Below, in pieces: positions 42,594 to 51,344 of a stretch of DNA of 64,000 nucleotides. Origin of the DNA: an uncultured virus (IMG/VR IMGVR_UViG_3300006899_000004) (lineage: Duplodnaviria; Heunggongvirae; Uroviricota; Caudoviricetes). Where the stretch lies: the IMG/VR virus record IMGVR_UViG_3300006899_000004; one strand, written 5' to 3'. The position numbers and the translations under genes are program-made. The notes beneath the pieces were generated by a model. That model saw only the letters and a list, made by a program, of their open reading frames with translations, ran no database searches and was not told where the DNA came from. Every line of letters begins with the position of its first letter. The first letter of the stretch is position 1.

Positions 42594-43007
42594 TCATTTG
42601 TCTCTCAGCGTTGAGTCTATTTCTTGTTGACGATCAGGTCGTACCTGGGCACCATCAGCCCCCATGAGCTCCCGCTTCTTCTTCCTCGTGGCAGCTGCTT
42701 TCTTGCCAGCTTCTCGACGACGACGAGTGATCATTGCTTTCTCTGCTGCTTGGAGACGCTTCAACTGATCACCCGCGATGGCGCGGAGAACGGCGATCTT
42801 GATCGAAGATTTCTTCGAAGAAATAGCTTTACCGTACGACTTCATGACACGGTTCGTGATGTACTCGTTCGCCCAGCTCCACACTTCCATCACCGGGCCC
42901 TCGAACCAATCCTCGATCTTGATCGAGAATCCTCGACGACCAGTCTTCGGCGACCTCGGGCGGTGAACAGAGACTACGTAAACCCTGTTGGATACTGTGT
43001 TTTCCAT
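42594..43007 (-). CDS. basic hypothetical protein
   Basis: Leaderless promoter at 43014-43042. Confidence 0.7.
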   Translation of the reverse strand: MENTVSNRVYVVSVHRPRSPKTGRRGFSIKIEDWFEGPVMEVWSWANEYITNRVMKSYGKAISSKKSSIKIAVLRAIAGDQLKRLQAAEKAMITRRRREAGKKAAATRKKKRELMGADGAQVRPDRQQEIDSTLRDK

Positions 43008-43038
43008 GAACTAGATCTACCCTTTCAAGAGAGAAGGT

Positions 43039-43383
43039 TCACGCGAAGTCTTCGTCGCCGACACTTTCCTCGAACACGTACGGAACACCAGGGAAGTACA
43101 CGATCGTACCCAAGCCCATTGCGTCTTGGCACATGGAAGACAGGGCTTCTGCGATCTCTTCTGCGATGTCGGAACGATCGAACTCTTCGTTCTCTGAGAA
43201 ATTGGCTGCACGAACACTACCATTGAAGAGCGCACGGAGAATCTCCGCGCAGAACACTCCGACGGTGTTGTAGATCACGATTCCGAGACACTCTTTCCCG
43301 TACATCCCTCGCCCAGAGTACGAGCGCGTGGTTCCGATTTCAGGGTCGAGTTCACAGATAATCTGCATCGGGTGCTTCTTCAT
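43039..43383 (-). CDS. conserved phage hypothetical protein
   Basis: RSYSGRGMYGKECLGI...DAMGLGTIVYFP; leaderless promoter. Confidence 0.75.
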   Translation of the reverse strand: MKKHPMQIICELDPEIGTTRSYSGRGMYGKECLGIVIYNTVGVFCAEILRALFNGSVRAANFSENEEFDRSDIAEEIAEALSSMCQDAMGLGTIVYFPGVPYVFEESVGDEDFA

Positions 43384-43451
43384 GGTCTAGTTCTACCTCC
43401 TGTTGAGCAAAGGTTCACTCATGTGGCGCAGTGATCAAAGTCTTGAGTGAT

Positions 43452-43661
43452 CTAACGCACAGCGTCGTACGAATCCAGATCCAGCGCGAGCGTCCGACCG
43501 CGAAGATCCTTCACTTCCTTGGCAGAAATGCCATACTTGTTGGTGATATCCTTCCCGATCATATCGTTGAGCTCTTCGACACTCATCTTCGTCACGGGAA
43601 CGAGAATCGAACCCTTGTAGGGACCGATTCGGTACGAGAACAGATGCAGCTTCTCGGTCAT
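43452..43661 (-). CDS. hypothetical protein
   Basis: Promoter at 43668-43696 nearly identical to 43390-43418. Confidence 0.65.
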   Translation of the reverse strand: MTEKLHLFSYRIGPYKGSILVPVTKMSVEELNDMIGKDITNKYGISAKEVKDLRGRTLALDLDSYDAVR

Positions 43662-43919
43662 GGTCTAGTTTTACCTCCTGTTGAGCAAAGGTTCACTCAA
43701 CACTCGTGCTAGCACGGAGATCCAGACCCGCACACACCAAGTGTTTCACACTCGTAGAATCAACGTCTACGACTGCTTCTTCTCTCACGAGAGTACACGC
43801 CTTCTTAAACGACACTCCGACGTGCTGTTGCACTGCCTTGATCAAGGCAAACTTTGACATGAATGGCGCAAGAACCAACTTGACACGTTGAGTCATGACT
43901 TTTCTTACTCCGAAGAGTT

Positions 43920-44045
43920 TCACAACGCGAAGAAGATCTTTCCCACGGAATACGCCATCATCCCCCACAGAAAGCAGAGGACGAGATCGATGCTCGTGTC
44001 ACGACCAGAAGGTTCCTTCAACCACTCGATGACCTTGCTCTTCAT
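43920..44045 (-). CDS. 41-aa membrane peptide (not in track)
   Basis: GTGAAG-N17-TATATT-N6-ATG; MKSKVIEWLKEPSGRDTSIDLVLCFLWGMMAYSVGKIFFAL*. Confidence 0.55.
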   Translation of the reverse strand: MKSKVIEWLKEPSGRDTSIDLVLCFLWGMMAYSVGKIFFAL

Positions 44046-44200
44046 GGATCCAATATATCCTCCCCGCTCGAGGGCTTCACGTTGACTCAAGAATATTCTT
44101 CAGCGGGAAGATTATGGTTACTGCACAGAAAAAACAAAACTCCCTAGAGTGAATTCTAGGGAGTTTGTCGACTTGACGCTGACTTACGCTTGGGGCTTCA

Positions 44201-44575
44201 CTAGCGCTGCGGCGAAAGAATCCGCGCAGTGCGACACCCGTTGTTGAGAGTGAACGCTCCCGCACACTCGATGGGAATGATCTCAATCGACTTGTCACTC
44301 TTCTCGACGCTGACATTGCAGCTGACGTAACCGTCGCCGTCGCTGTCAGAGTTTGCACAAGTCACTCTGTTGGGACTCACACCCATCTCTGCGGACCATG
44401 CTCGTGCAGCAGTGAGGGCTTGAGCGTGACTCCTGCCGCTTGCGGCTCCGATAGCGTTGCACCCCGCGGCGAGAACGATCAACGCAACCGTGGCTCCTCC
44501 GAGGAGCATGATCAAAAAAACCATCAAGCCGAAGACACGCTCGATGAGTTTGTCCATGTGACTGTCTGTCATCAC
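44201..44575 (-). CDS. membrane-anchored hypothetical protein
   Basis: N-terminal TM helix; C-x-x-x-DSDGDGYVSC motif. Confidence 0.7.
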   Translation of the reverse strand: MMTDSHMDKLIERVFGLMVFLIMLLGGATVALIVLAAGCNAIGAASGRSHAQALTAARAWSAEMGVSPNRVTCANSDSDGDGYVSCNVSVEKSDKSIEIIPIECAGAFTLNNGCRTARILSPQR

Positions 44576-44585
44576 TTGATTCTAC

Positions 44586-44855
44586 TCACTTAGCGGTGGA
44601 GTTGCACTGTCGGCTCTCGATCGCTGCTGCGACGAGGGCGTAGAGAGCACCCGCGGTGTAGCGGATGTACACTGCTTCTTCGGCCCTGTTATCGAGAGAA
44701 AATCTTGCGCCAGCATGCATGGCGTCATACACTGCGTCGAAAACCCTCCCTGAATTGACGACCCGCACCATTTCGACTGTGCGATACCAGTGCTCAGGGC
44801 GTCGGGAGGCGAAAATCCTCTTTGCTTCCTCGTGAGCCTCTTGCAAAACGTCCAT
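44586..44855 (-). CDS. hypothetical protein
   Basis: SD ggagg. Confidence 0.6.
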   Translation of the reverse strand: MDVLQEAHEEAKRIFASRRPEHWYRTVEMVRVVNSGRVFDAVYDAMHAGARFSLDNRAEEAVYIRYTAGALYALVAAAIESRQCNSTAK

Positions 44856-44904
44856 CTCAGCCTCCGTAGAGAGACTCTACACCCCCAACGGTGAAGTTAC
44901 ACTC

Positions 44905-45228
44905 TCACAGACACTGTTTGTTAACGAAGTCTCTGAAAGCGTTTTTCGACGCGAGGTTATGAACCTCGACAGCCTTGAAGAAGTACTGTTTCTTATAGCT
45001 ATCGTCGGTAAAAACGAGCTCCAACGGAGCACCGTCTTCCACCCAGTAGGGCCACGAAGAGATCTGATCTCTTGCTTCACGTATGAGAGAACTGTGACCC
45101 AAAACAAGAAACTCCTCGGCGAGCTCTTTGGCTTTCGCAAAAGAATCCACCACGATGAAATCTTGGTAGTGAGTTTCGTCCGAACCACAGTATGGACGAA
45201 ACCCGTACGTGATCAAAGTGAGTTGCAT
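44905..45228 (-). CDS. hypothetical protein
   Basis: 107-aa ORF. Confidence 0.6.
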   Translation of the reverse strand: MQLTLITYGFRPYCGSDETHYQDFIVVDSFAKAKELAEEFLVLGHSSLIREARDQISSWPYWVEDGAPLELVFTDDSYKKQYFFKAVEVHNLASKNAFRDFVNKQCL

Positions 45229-45258
45229 GTTTTCTTTTCACTCACAGAAGTGAGAGTC

Positions 45259-45402
45259 CACTCCAAAAAAGTAACGAGAGAACATGAGCAACGGCGGCCG
45301 ACGGCCACTCACGGCATGATCAATGCAATTGCAGTGTACCGAGAGCAGGGTTCTGGTCCTGATCGATGACTACAACCATCCTCTCGTCACTTTTTTGGAG
45401 TG
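45259..45402 (-). ncRNA. Candidate panhandle small RNA (22-bp terminal stem)
   Basis: Arms 45259-45280 and 45381-45402; the single mismatch is G-U only on the minus strand; own promoter at 45427-45455. Confidence 0.6.
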
Positions 45403-45451
45403 AACTGTTGTCTCTTGATAAGAGAGATACTACCTCAAGCAGAGAGACAGT

Positions 45452-45682
45452 TCACTGCGGGTCAACACTAACGTAGAAAACGTGACCCTTTTCACAGACA
45501 TACGGAATCACGTTGTCATCCCAGGAGTACGAACCCGTGAGCTCTTCTCCGTAAACGACACCGATGTCTGTACCGAGCACGTAGCCCTCCAGATCGGGAT
45601 CGTTGAACTTGATCTTGTCTGTCCCGCACTCGGGGCAGCACTTCACTCCAAAGTCACTTGGAGTTTTCTTTTTCTTTCCCAC
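45452..45682 (-). CDS. small Zn-ribbon protein
   Basis: CPECG...CEKGH. Confidence 0.6.
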   Translation of the reverse strand: MGKKKKTPSDFGVKCCPECGTDKIKFNDPDLEGYVLGTDIGVVYGEELTGSYSWDDNVIPYVCEKGHVFYVSVDPQ

Positions 45683-45686
45683 GTGA

Positions 45687-45854
45687 TCAGTCGTCCTTCT
45701 GAGAGAGGAGCTTGTTCAAGCGCCTCTGAGCCCGAGCCGAACGGTTCTTCGCGTACATCTTCGCGGAGCTCTTGCCAGAGCACCCTCCCATGTCCTTCCC
45801 CAGAGTGATGTACTGAGCCACGCGAGCCTCGACCCGACGGATCTGCTTGACCAT
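45687..45854 (-). CDS. 55-aa basic peptide (not in track)
   Basis: GTGAAA-N17-TAGATT-N6-ATG; MVKQIRRVEARVAQYITLGK... Confidence 0.6.
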   Translation of the reverse strand: MVKQIRRVEARVAQYITLGKDMGGCSGKSSAKMYAKNRSARAQRRLNKLLSQKDD

Positions 45855-45920
45855 GAACCCAATCTACCACTCTACGCTCACAGTTTCACAGTTGCCTGTA
45901 TAATAGGCTGTTGAAAACAG

Positions 45921-46501
45921 AGATGCCCACGGTGAAGTCACCGTGGGCATTCCTTATTTGCCTTCACGTAGTTTGAATTCTTTGGGCTCTGTGTAAGTTG
46001 CAGGAGAACCTTGTATGATAGTATCATGATCAGCCGCCGCGACGAAGTCCTCACTCTCCTCACCGCATTCCGCCATGGCTACCACACGAACGTGGCCAAG
46101 AGCGTGATGAACAACCGCGATGCTTGTGCCCTCATCCTTTGGAAGATGGGTCCTCAGACGAAGTCCCAACTCACCTCAATCCTCAATGCCTGGCGCGGAA
46201 AGCCTCGCGCGCAAACGTACCTCTTCAACTCGTCTCACTCTGGCGGGTATGGGTGCGTCGCTGTCGATCCCATGCAGCGTGGATGGACCATGTCAAACGA
46301 CGGTTGGTCGGGCATCGTGCGTCAGCCCTCTCCGGGTTTCAAGACGTTCTTCCGTAGAACTTACTGGTATCGCATCTCCAAGGGAACCTACGCCCCCACC
46401 GCCGAGTGCACTAAGCGGATGGCCGAACTTGGTTTCATCTGAGTGAATTATCAAGAAACAAAGATGCCCACGGTGAAGTCACCGTGGGCATTTCTTATTT
46501 G
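45921..46501. repeat. Direct ~40-bp hairpin repeats flanking one + strand gene
   Basis: agatgcccacggtgaagtcaccgtgggcattYcttatttg at 45921 and 46462. Confidence 0.9.
46026..46442 (+). CDS. hypothetical protein, paralog of 52706-53140
   Basis: Shared NN.D...G..T..Q....L.AWRG.P...YG.V..D...W.R...G.Y; leaderless promoter at 45991-46019. Confidence 0.75.
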   Translation: MISRRDEVLTLLTAFRHGYHTNVAKSVMNNRDACALILWKMGPQTKSQLTSILNAWRGKPRAQTYLFNSSHSGGYGCVAVDPMQRGWTMSNDGWSGIVRQPSPGFKTFFRRTYWYRISKGTYAPTAECTKRMAELGFI

Positions 46502-46510
46502 AGAGATTGT

Positions 46511-47128
46511 CTAAAACACGTGCCGCCGGAACGTAAGAGAAACTCGAGTTCCAGTGCGTTCGGGTTGTTCCGGAATGCCGTGCTTGAACAGTGAATCACA
46601 CTGCCCATACATGATGAGCAAGTCACCATGGCCCAACTCTAGATCAATGGTTGGTTTGCTACGATCATACTTGTTCGTCACTGGATTATGAGGGTGAAGC
46701 TGAAAAGTTCTTGTGGCACCGAATGAAACAGCGACGATAGTGGGATCACTGCCCAATTGGGGAATGTATGTAGAGTCTCTGTGTGGATAGAGACCAGAGC
46801 TTGGTTCGTATGAGTTGACAACAACGCAGTTTGGCGCCCAGCCCAGTTCTTCACTCACTAGTTGCTGTAGCGTAGTGAGTGTGGGGGTCATTGGATGCAT
46901 AGGCTTAGACTTACCCTTGTAAGTGTAAGTGATGCCGCGGTCACCAAAACGCGCCATAGCGTGACCACGATCGAAGCCCCGCCCAAATTTGAAGTGGCTG
47001 GCCCAACGCTGGTGTGTTTCTTGAACAACAGCGTAACCGTATTGGTCAGCTTCGACCTGAGTCAACCACGCAGGTACGTGAACAACTGCGTTCTGTACGA
47101 TAACCTGTCCGCGCGGAGGAGTGTTCAT
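46511..47128 (-). CDS. alkB: AlkB-family 2OG-Fe(II) dioxygenase
   Basis: NCVVVNSY, HxD (PHRD), VAVSFGATR, LGHGDLLIM, KHGIP, RVSLTFR; leaderless start at 47128. Confidence 0.9.
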   Translation of the reverse strand: MNTPPRGQVIVQNAVVHVPAWLTQVEADQYGYAVVQETHQRWASHFKFGRGFDRGHAMARFGDRGITYTYKGKSKPMHPMTPTLTTLQQLVSEELGWAPNCVVVNSYEPSSGLYPHRDSTYIPQLGSDPTIVAVSFGATRTFQLHPHNPVTNKYDRSKPTIDLELGHGDLLIMYGQCDSLFKHGIPEQPERTGTRVSLTFRRHVF

Positions 47129-47201
47129 GAACAGAATGTAAGCTTTGCCTAAGAGCTGTTCACTACGACAGGACAAATCTTACGAGTAACCGAAAGATGA
47201 G

Positions 47202-47371
47202 GTTTTCCACAAAAGAACAGTGCCGAACTGATCCCTAGCGCTAGGGATTAGGTCTGCATGCAAGACAAAGAGTTACACAGCGTTCCAACTAACACAGAGA
47301 TTGCTACCACTCTGTTAGGGATCGAACCTACCTGTGTACTTCTTTTTCGGCACTGTTCTTTTGTGGAAAAC
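47202..47371 (-). ncRNA. Y-RNA (YrlA)-like RNA 1 with a permuted tRNA domain
   Basis: 26-bp perfect terminal stem; T-arm TAGG-TTCGATC-CCTA, closed acceptor ACAGAG/CTCTGT, D-arm GTT-AGTTGG-AAC, all closed by TACACAG/CTGTGTA. Confidence 0.7.
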
Positions 47372-47378
47372 TGTTCAT

Positions 47379-47542
47379 TCCAGAAGAGTGATGACAGAAC
47401 CGTTATCTCTTGGCCGAGAGACAACGAGTGTGTACAAGCACAACTGTGCTTCAGTTTGGGCACCAAGCCGCCACCCGAAAAAGTGGCTCAGGGATCGAAC
47501 CTGATAACCTCAGCGACGATCTTCTGTCATCACTCTTCTGGA
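47379..47542 (-). ncRNA. Y-RNA (YrlA)-like RNA 2 with a permuted tRNA domain
   Basis: 21-bp perfect terminal stem; T-arm TCAGG-TTCGATC-CCTGA, closed acceptor GCCACT/GGTGGC, D-stem GCTT/AAGC; promoter GTGAAC-N17-TAGGGT at about 47566-47594. Confidence 0.7.
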
Positions 47543-47590
47543 GAGAACGTTTCTAACCTTAGTTGACCCTACACCCCTGGAGAGAACTGT

Positions 47591-48031
47591 TCACTGCGGT
47601 GGGATGAGAAACCCGTCTTGGTTCGTGACCAAGAATCCATTTTTGCTTAAGGTGTTGCACGCATTCACGACTGCATTGGAATCGTGATGAACAAAAAGAG
47701 TCAAGATCACGTCACCCAGGAGTTTGTCGCCCCCAACCGAGGCGTCCATGATCTCTTGAGAGACTTTCACTTCGTCTTGCGAGGTGGGAAAAGGTCTCGT
47801 GCTCCTACCTTCACACAAAGCGCAGTCTAGATCACTGCAAGCGCTATCGTTCCACGTGTTGCACGTGAAACACGCGTATGAATCCCGAGCTGACGAATAA
47901 ATGCACTCTCGGTTGCACCGGGAACAGAACTTACCTCGCTGCCTGTTTTCTCTCTTCTTCTTTGTGCCACCAAAGATCGTGGTGACGTGAGAAGAGAAAA
48001 CTTCTTGAAGCCTCTTGAACATTTCTTTCAT
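47591..48031 (-). CDS. Cys-rich hypothetical protein
   Basis: CSRC, CFTC, CSDLDCALC. Confidence 0.65.
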   Translation of the reverse strand: MKEMFKRLQEVFSSHVTTIFGGTKKKRENRQRGKFCSRCNRECIYSSARDSYACFTCNTWNDSACSDLDCALCEGRSTRPFPTSQDEVKVSQEIMDASVGGDKLLGDVILTLFVHHDSNAVVNACNTLSKNGFLVTNQDGFLIPPQ

Positions 48032-48054
48032 GAACTTGAAGTCTCCAAGAAGAT

Positions 48055-48127
48055 TGGCACCCCGCCTCTGAATCGAACAGAGAGCTCTGAGCTTAGAAGG
48101 CTCTGGCGCGGGTCCACCGCGCGGGGC
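48055..48127 (-). tRNA. tRNA-Arg(TCT), non-canonical D-arm, encoded CCA
   Basis: GCCCCGC/GCGGGGT-G-CCA, loop CTTCTAA, T-arm CTCTG-TTCGATT-CAGAG. Confidence 0.7.
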
Positions 48128-48147
48128 AAGTACTGGATATGTATACC

Positions 48148-48420
48148 TCAGACGCGAGAGTTGTACTCTGCGTTGCGAGGCTGCTCCACGAAATTGCTCG
48201 AGCGGAGACGCTCGAGCATGTTAGCAGCGTCCAAGAAAAACTTGAGTGCGTCGGTGAGCACGAGCGCAAACTGCTCAGTGTTCTTGTTGTTGCGAACAAC
48301 GTTGAACCACAGTTCGTACTTTTCCACGTCGAAAGACACCGTCAGCGACGACACCCTGCTGTTGATCTCTGCGAGTTTGATCAACGGAAGTCGACGACGA
48401 AACTCGATCACGTCTCCCAT
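48148..48420 (-). CDS. hypothetical protein
   Basis: 90-aa ORF. Confidence 0.55.
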   Translation of the reverse strand: MGDVIEFRRRLPLIKLAEINSRVSSLTVSFDVEKYELWFNVVRNNKNTEQFALVLTDALKFFLDAANMLERLRSSNFVEQPRNAEYNSRV

Positions 48421-48594
48421 GAGGAGATCTCCTTGTTCTCTAGCTCTCGTTCTCGACGAAGCCTTCGATCACGAAACTTCTGCTTTCGCGGGTGGCGCTT
48501 TGCCATAGCAGCTACCACGCTCAAGCGTTTATTGCGTTTCTTCACCGTGTCCTCCAGTTGAGCTAACTATAATCAACTGTAGAACTTTTGACAC

Positions 48595-48885
48595 TCACAG
48601 AGAGGAGATCTGACCCTTCACGATCTTCAAAATCGTTCTTGAGTCGACAAGAGTACACTTTGCCGTGATCTCTTCGATCCTCTTCTTGGGAATATCGTAG
48701 TGCTTGTACACGCTGGATGCATGAAACCAACACCTTTTGATGTTCAGTTCCTGCGCCATTCTGTGGAGATTTTCCACAGTGTACGGGAGGCAAACCAAGT
48801 GCCTTGCACTGTCACAGACGTACTTGATCTCACTCACCATGATGAGATCATACTCAACTTGACGTTCTCTTGCACTCACGTGCAA
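48595..48885 (-). CDS. DUF4031-like protein
   Basis: HLV...ENLHRMAQELNIKRCWFH...HYDI (recalled family pattern). Confidence 0.65.
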   Translation of the reverse strand: MHVSARERQVEYDLIMVSEIKYVCDSARHLVCLPYTVENLHRMAQELNIKRCWFHASSVYKHYDIPKKRIEEITAKCTLVDSRTILKIVKGQISSL

Positions 48886-48904
48886 GAGAACGTCAAGGCA
48901 ACTG

Positions 48905-49279
48905 TCACTTACAGCTTTCCTTGAGCTTGGCGAAATCGTTCTCGAGAAGAGCCTTCTCCAGAGCGCTCTCGTGCTTCCCCAACGCCTCGCGAGCTTTCTT
49001 GATCTCCTCGAGACGAGCCTTGCTGTACATACCCTGTGCGGGCGAGCCGTCGGCGTTGAACAACTCGTTGTCCGGCTTATCGACCTTGCGAAGCTCGGTC
49101 ATCAGATGGAAACGCTTCTGGAGTGCCTTATCGAGCAGCGCGACGCGCTCGCTGACCTCTTTCTCGACCATCGCATCGCGTAGTCGATTGTAAACTTCCG
49201 GGCCTGAGTCCTTGATACGATTCGCCACGTCGGCAAGCAGACCCTGCGTCTTCGTCTCTTTCGTCTCGCTCATGATCAT
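48905..49279 (-). CDS. hypothetical protein
   Basis: GC-rich codon usage, helical. Confidence 0.75.
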   Translation of the reverse strand: MIMSETKETKTQGLLADVANRIKDSGPEVYNRLRDAMVEKEVSERVALLDKALQKRFHLMTELRKVDKPDNELFNADGSPAQGMYSKARLEEIKKAREALGKHESALEKALLENDFAKLKESCK

Positions 49280-49282
49280 GTC

Positions 49283-49624
49283 CTATCGGTGTTGCACCCA
49301 GCAGGTGCATGGGGTGGAACGGTACACGCTTCTGACCTTGTCACGTGCCTCTTTGGCACGCTCAACAAGCTTTACCACTGAAAGGTACTCGGTATCACTT
49401 ACCGAAGTGATATAATCTGCGTACGTAAGACGCTGCTTCTGCTTCGTCAAGTGGATTTGTGCCTCTACGTACACTGACAAATATGTGGAATGTCGTTCAC
49501 ACGACAAGAGACCAAGACGGTCATCTTGAAGAAAATTCTCGAGAAGTCGAGGAAGCAACTCAGACGTAGCTTGATCAGCTCGAGACTTCACCTCTGCATC
49601 GAGTGCATCAAGAAGTTTCATCAA
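49283..49624 (-). CDS. hypothetical protein
   Basis: In-operon ORF. Confidence 0.55.
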   Translation of the reverse strand: MMKLLDALDAEVKSRADQATSELLPRLLENFLQDDRLGLLSCERHSTYLSVYVEAQIHLTKQKQRLTYADYITSVSDTEYLSVVKLVERAKEARDKVRSVYRSTPCTCWVQHR

Positions 49625-49654
49625 GAACCATCCTATCTCACGTAGAGGAGCAGT

Positions 49655-49855
49655 TCACTGTTTGATTGCAGTGAAGACTGCGGGATATCCTTCTGCGATA
49701 GACGCGAAACACTCGTCACTGTCACACACGGGCGTACGCTGCGTGAGCCCGATCTGAGTTTCGACAGTGCCAACTGCTTTCTTCTGGCAGTTGTACACTC
49801 CCGAAACACCATTTTTCGTCTGGCGGCGTTTACCCTTGCACTTTTCTTTGGACAT
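49655..49855 (-). CDS. small Cys-containing protein
   Basis: Leaderless promoter at 49862-49890. Confidence 0.65.
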   Translation of the reverse strand: MSKEKCKGKRRQTKNGVSGVYNCQKKAVGTVETQIGLTQRTPVCDSDECFASIAEGYPAVFTAIKQ

Positions 49856-49873
49856 GAACAGACTTTACTCTGG

Positions 49874-50101
49874 TCACGTTCGTCGTTCACTCTCCCCCAT
49901 CGCAGGCATCTCGCGAACGTCGTCACCCATGTCATGGTCCAGATAGGCGATGATCTTCTTTTCCATCTCTTTTAGATAGAGAAGTTCGCACCATTCCTCC
50001 TCGTCGTTGAGATCCCAATCATTTATCTCGAGACGGTCTCTGATCAGGTTCAAGACGAAGTTAACTTCGTCTTCGTGAAAGATCAACACTTTTTCTGCCA
50101 T
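49874..50101 (-). CDS. acidic hypothetical protein
   Basis: Leaderless promoter at 50108-50136. Confidence 0.65.
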   Translation of the reverse strand: MAEKVLIFHEDEVNFVLNLIRDRLEINDWDLNDEEEWCELLYLKEMEKKIIAYLDHDMGDDVREMPAMGESERRT

Positions 50102-50210
50102 GAAAAGATCTTATCTCTCGACGAGATAACTTGCACTCTTGATCTCCTCTTTGCTGCGATTCAAATGACAGCGATGTGAATCGTAGTTCTAGATAGATTA
50201 AGTTCTGTTC

Positions 50211-50507
50211 ATGAAGAAGTGGAACGCCGAAGCCATCACGCTCCTGTTGGACACCAACGACAAGGCGGTCGAGCGAGCGATCCTCGTCCTCTTTCAGAGG
50301 CAGACGCTCGACGAGCAGGCTTCTCGCACCACTCGCTGGAACAACAAAGTGGGGTTCCGTGCAAACCACGCGAGCAAGGGCACCTACTACGCTAAGTGGA
50401 TCAAGAGCGGCCGCCCCTTGACCGGTTACCACTTGGCCAATGCTCGCAAGATCACGAAGCAGTACACTCGCCAGCTCCTCGAAGCGATCGCTGAGAAACA
50501 GAAGTGA
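50211..50507 (+). CDS. conserved phage hypothetical protein
   Basis: AVERAILVLFQRQTLDEQ...NKVGF; leaderless promoter. Confidence 0.75.
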   Translation: MKKWNAEAITLLLDTNDKAVERAILVLFQRQTLDEQASRTTRWNNKVGFRANHASKGTYYAKWIKSGRPLTGYHLANARKITKQYTRQLLEAIAEKQK

Positions 50508-50556
50508 ACTCTGCTCCTGAGCGAGATAGTATCACTCAACAGGAAGGAAACGAATC

Positions 50557-50829
50557 ATGAAGAAACTCCGAGATCTCATGCTCCGCACCGAAGGCGAGGA
50601 GGCAGTGGAAAACCTCTGTGCAGTGTGCGAAGCGTTGCACAAGCCAGTTTTCAAGCAGTTGATCAACCGGAACGGCTCGTGCGTCTCGGCGCTCACCGAG
50701 TTCCTCGCAGACAACCCTGGTGCCGTCGAGGTTCTTTTCGACTGGATCGAGGAGAACTACACGGATGAGCTCGACGACGAAGACGTCGAGGACGACGAAG
50801 ACTGTGACGGAGAAGAAGACACCGAGTGA
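50557..50829 (+). CDS. hypothetical protein with an acidic tail
   Basis: Promoter and SD. Confidence 0.75.
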   Translation: MKKLRDLMLRTEGEEAVENLCAVCEALHKPVFKQLINRNGSCVSALTEFLADNPGAVEVLFDWIEENYTDELDDEDVEDDEDCDGEEDTE

Positions 50830-50860
50830 ACCTTAGCTCTGGCTAGGGTACAACTAGACC

Positions 50861-51061
50861 ATGGAAAACACGGTATTCAAGTCCTTCATCGGCAAGAAGA
50901 TCGAGCTCATCCGCACCGACCCTTTCACCAGTCTCAAGCCTGGTGATCGGGGAGTCGTCGAGTCTGTCGATGGCATCGGCACGGTCCACGTGAAGTGGGA
51001 GAACGGGTCGTGCTTGGGCCTCGCCGCCGTCGCGGGTGATCGCTGGAAGCTGGCAGAGTGA
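50861..51061 (+). CDS. DUF4314-like protein
   Basis: G.KIEL..DPF..L.PG.RG.V..VD.IGTVHVKWENGS.LGL (recalled family pattern). Confidence 0.8.
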   Translation: MENTVFKSFIGKKIELIRTDPFTSLKPGDRGVVESVDGIGTVHVKWENGSCLGLAAVAGDRWKLAE

Positions 51062-51107
51062 ACAGCTGGTGACAAAGAGGTAGACTTGCTAAGTCAGCAA
51101 GAGGCAA

Positions 51108-51290
51108 ATGTCTACCAAGGATTCGTACAACACAGACTACAGTGAACGAAGCACAGAGGAACTGAGACAAGAGCTCGCACGTGAGCGTACGCGCTCTTAC
51201 GAGAGTTCGATGTCTGGTGACTCTGTCGACTACACCTATAGCAGAAACGCGATCTCGGAGATCGAGAGAGAGCTTGCTCGTCGTAGTTGA
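51108..51290 (+). CDS. hypothetical protein
   Basis: Promoter GTGAAC-N17-TAGACT and SD. Confidence 0.6.
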   Translation: MSTKDSYNTDYSERSTEELRQELARERTRSYESSMSGDSVDYTYSRNAISEIERELARRS

Positions 51291-51344
51291 CGATCGCTAA
51301 CATAAACCCTAAAAAAAATCATCTACAACGAAGAAAGGTAGATA

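Noticed and set aside
47248..47566. ORFs 47248-47466 and 47258-47566
   Set aside because: They overlap the Y-like RNAs and have no protein features
48055..48127. Amber suppressor tRNA (CTA)
   Set aside because: The stem GAGC/GCTC frames the loop as CTTCTAA, giving anticodon TCT (Arg)
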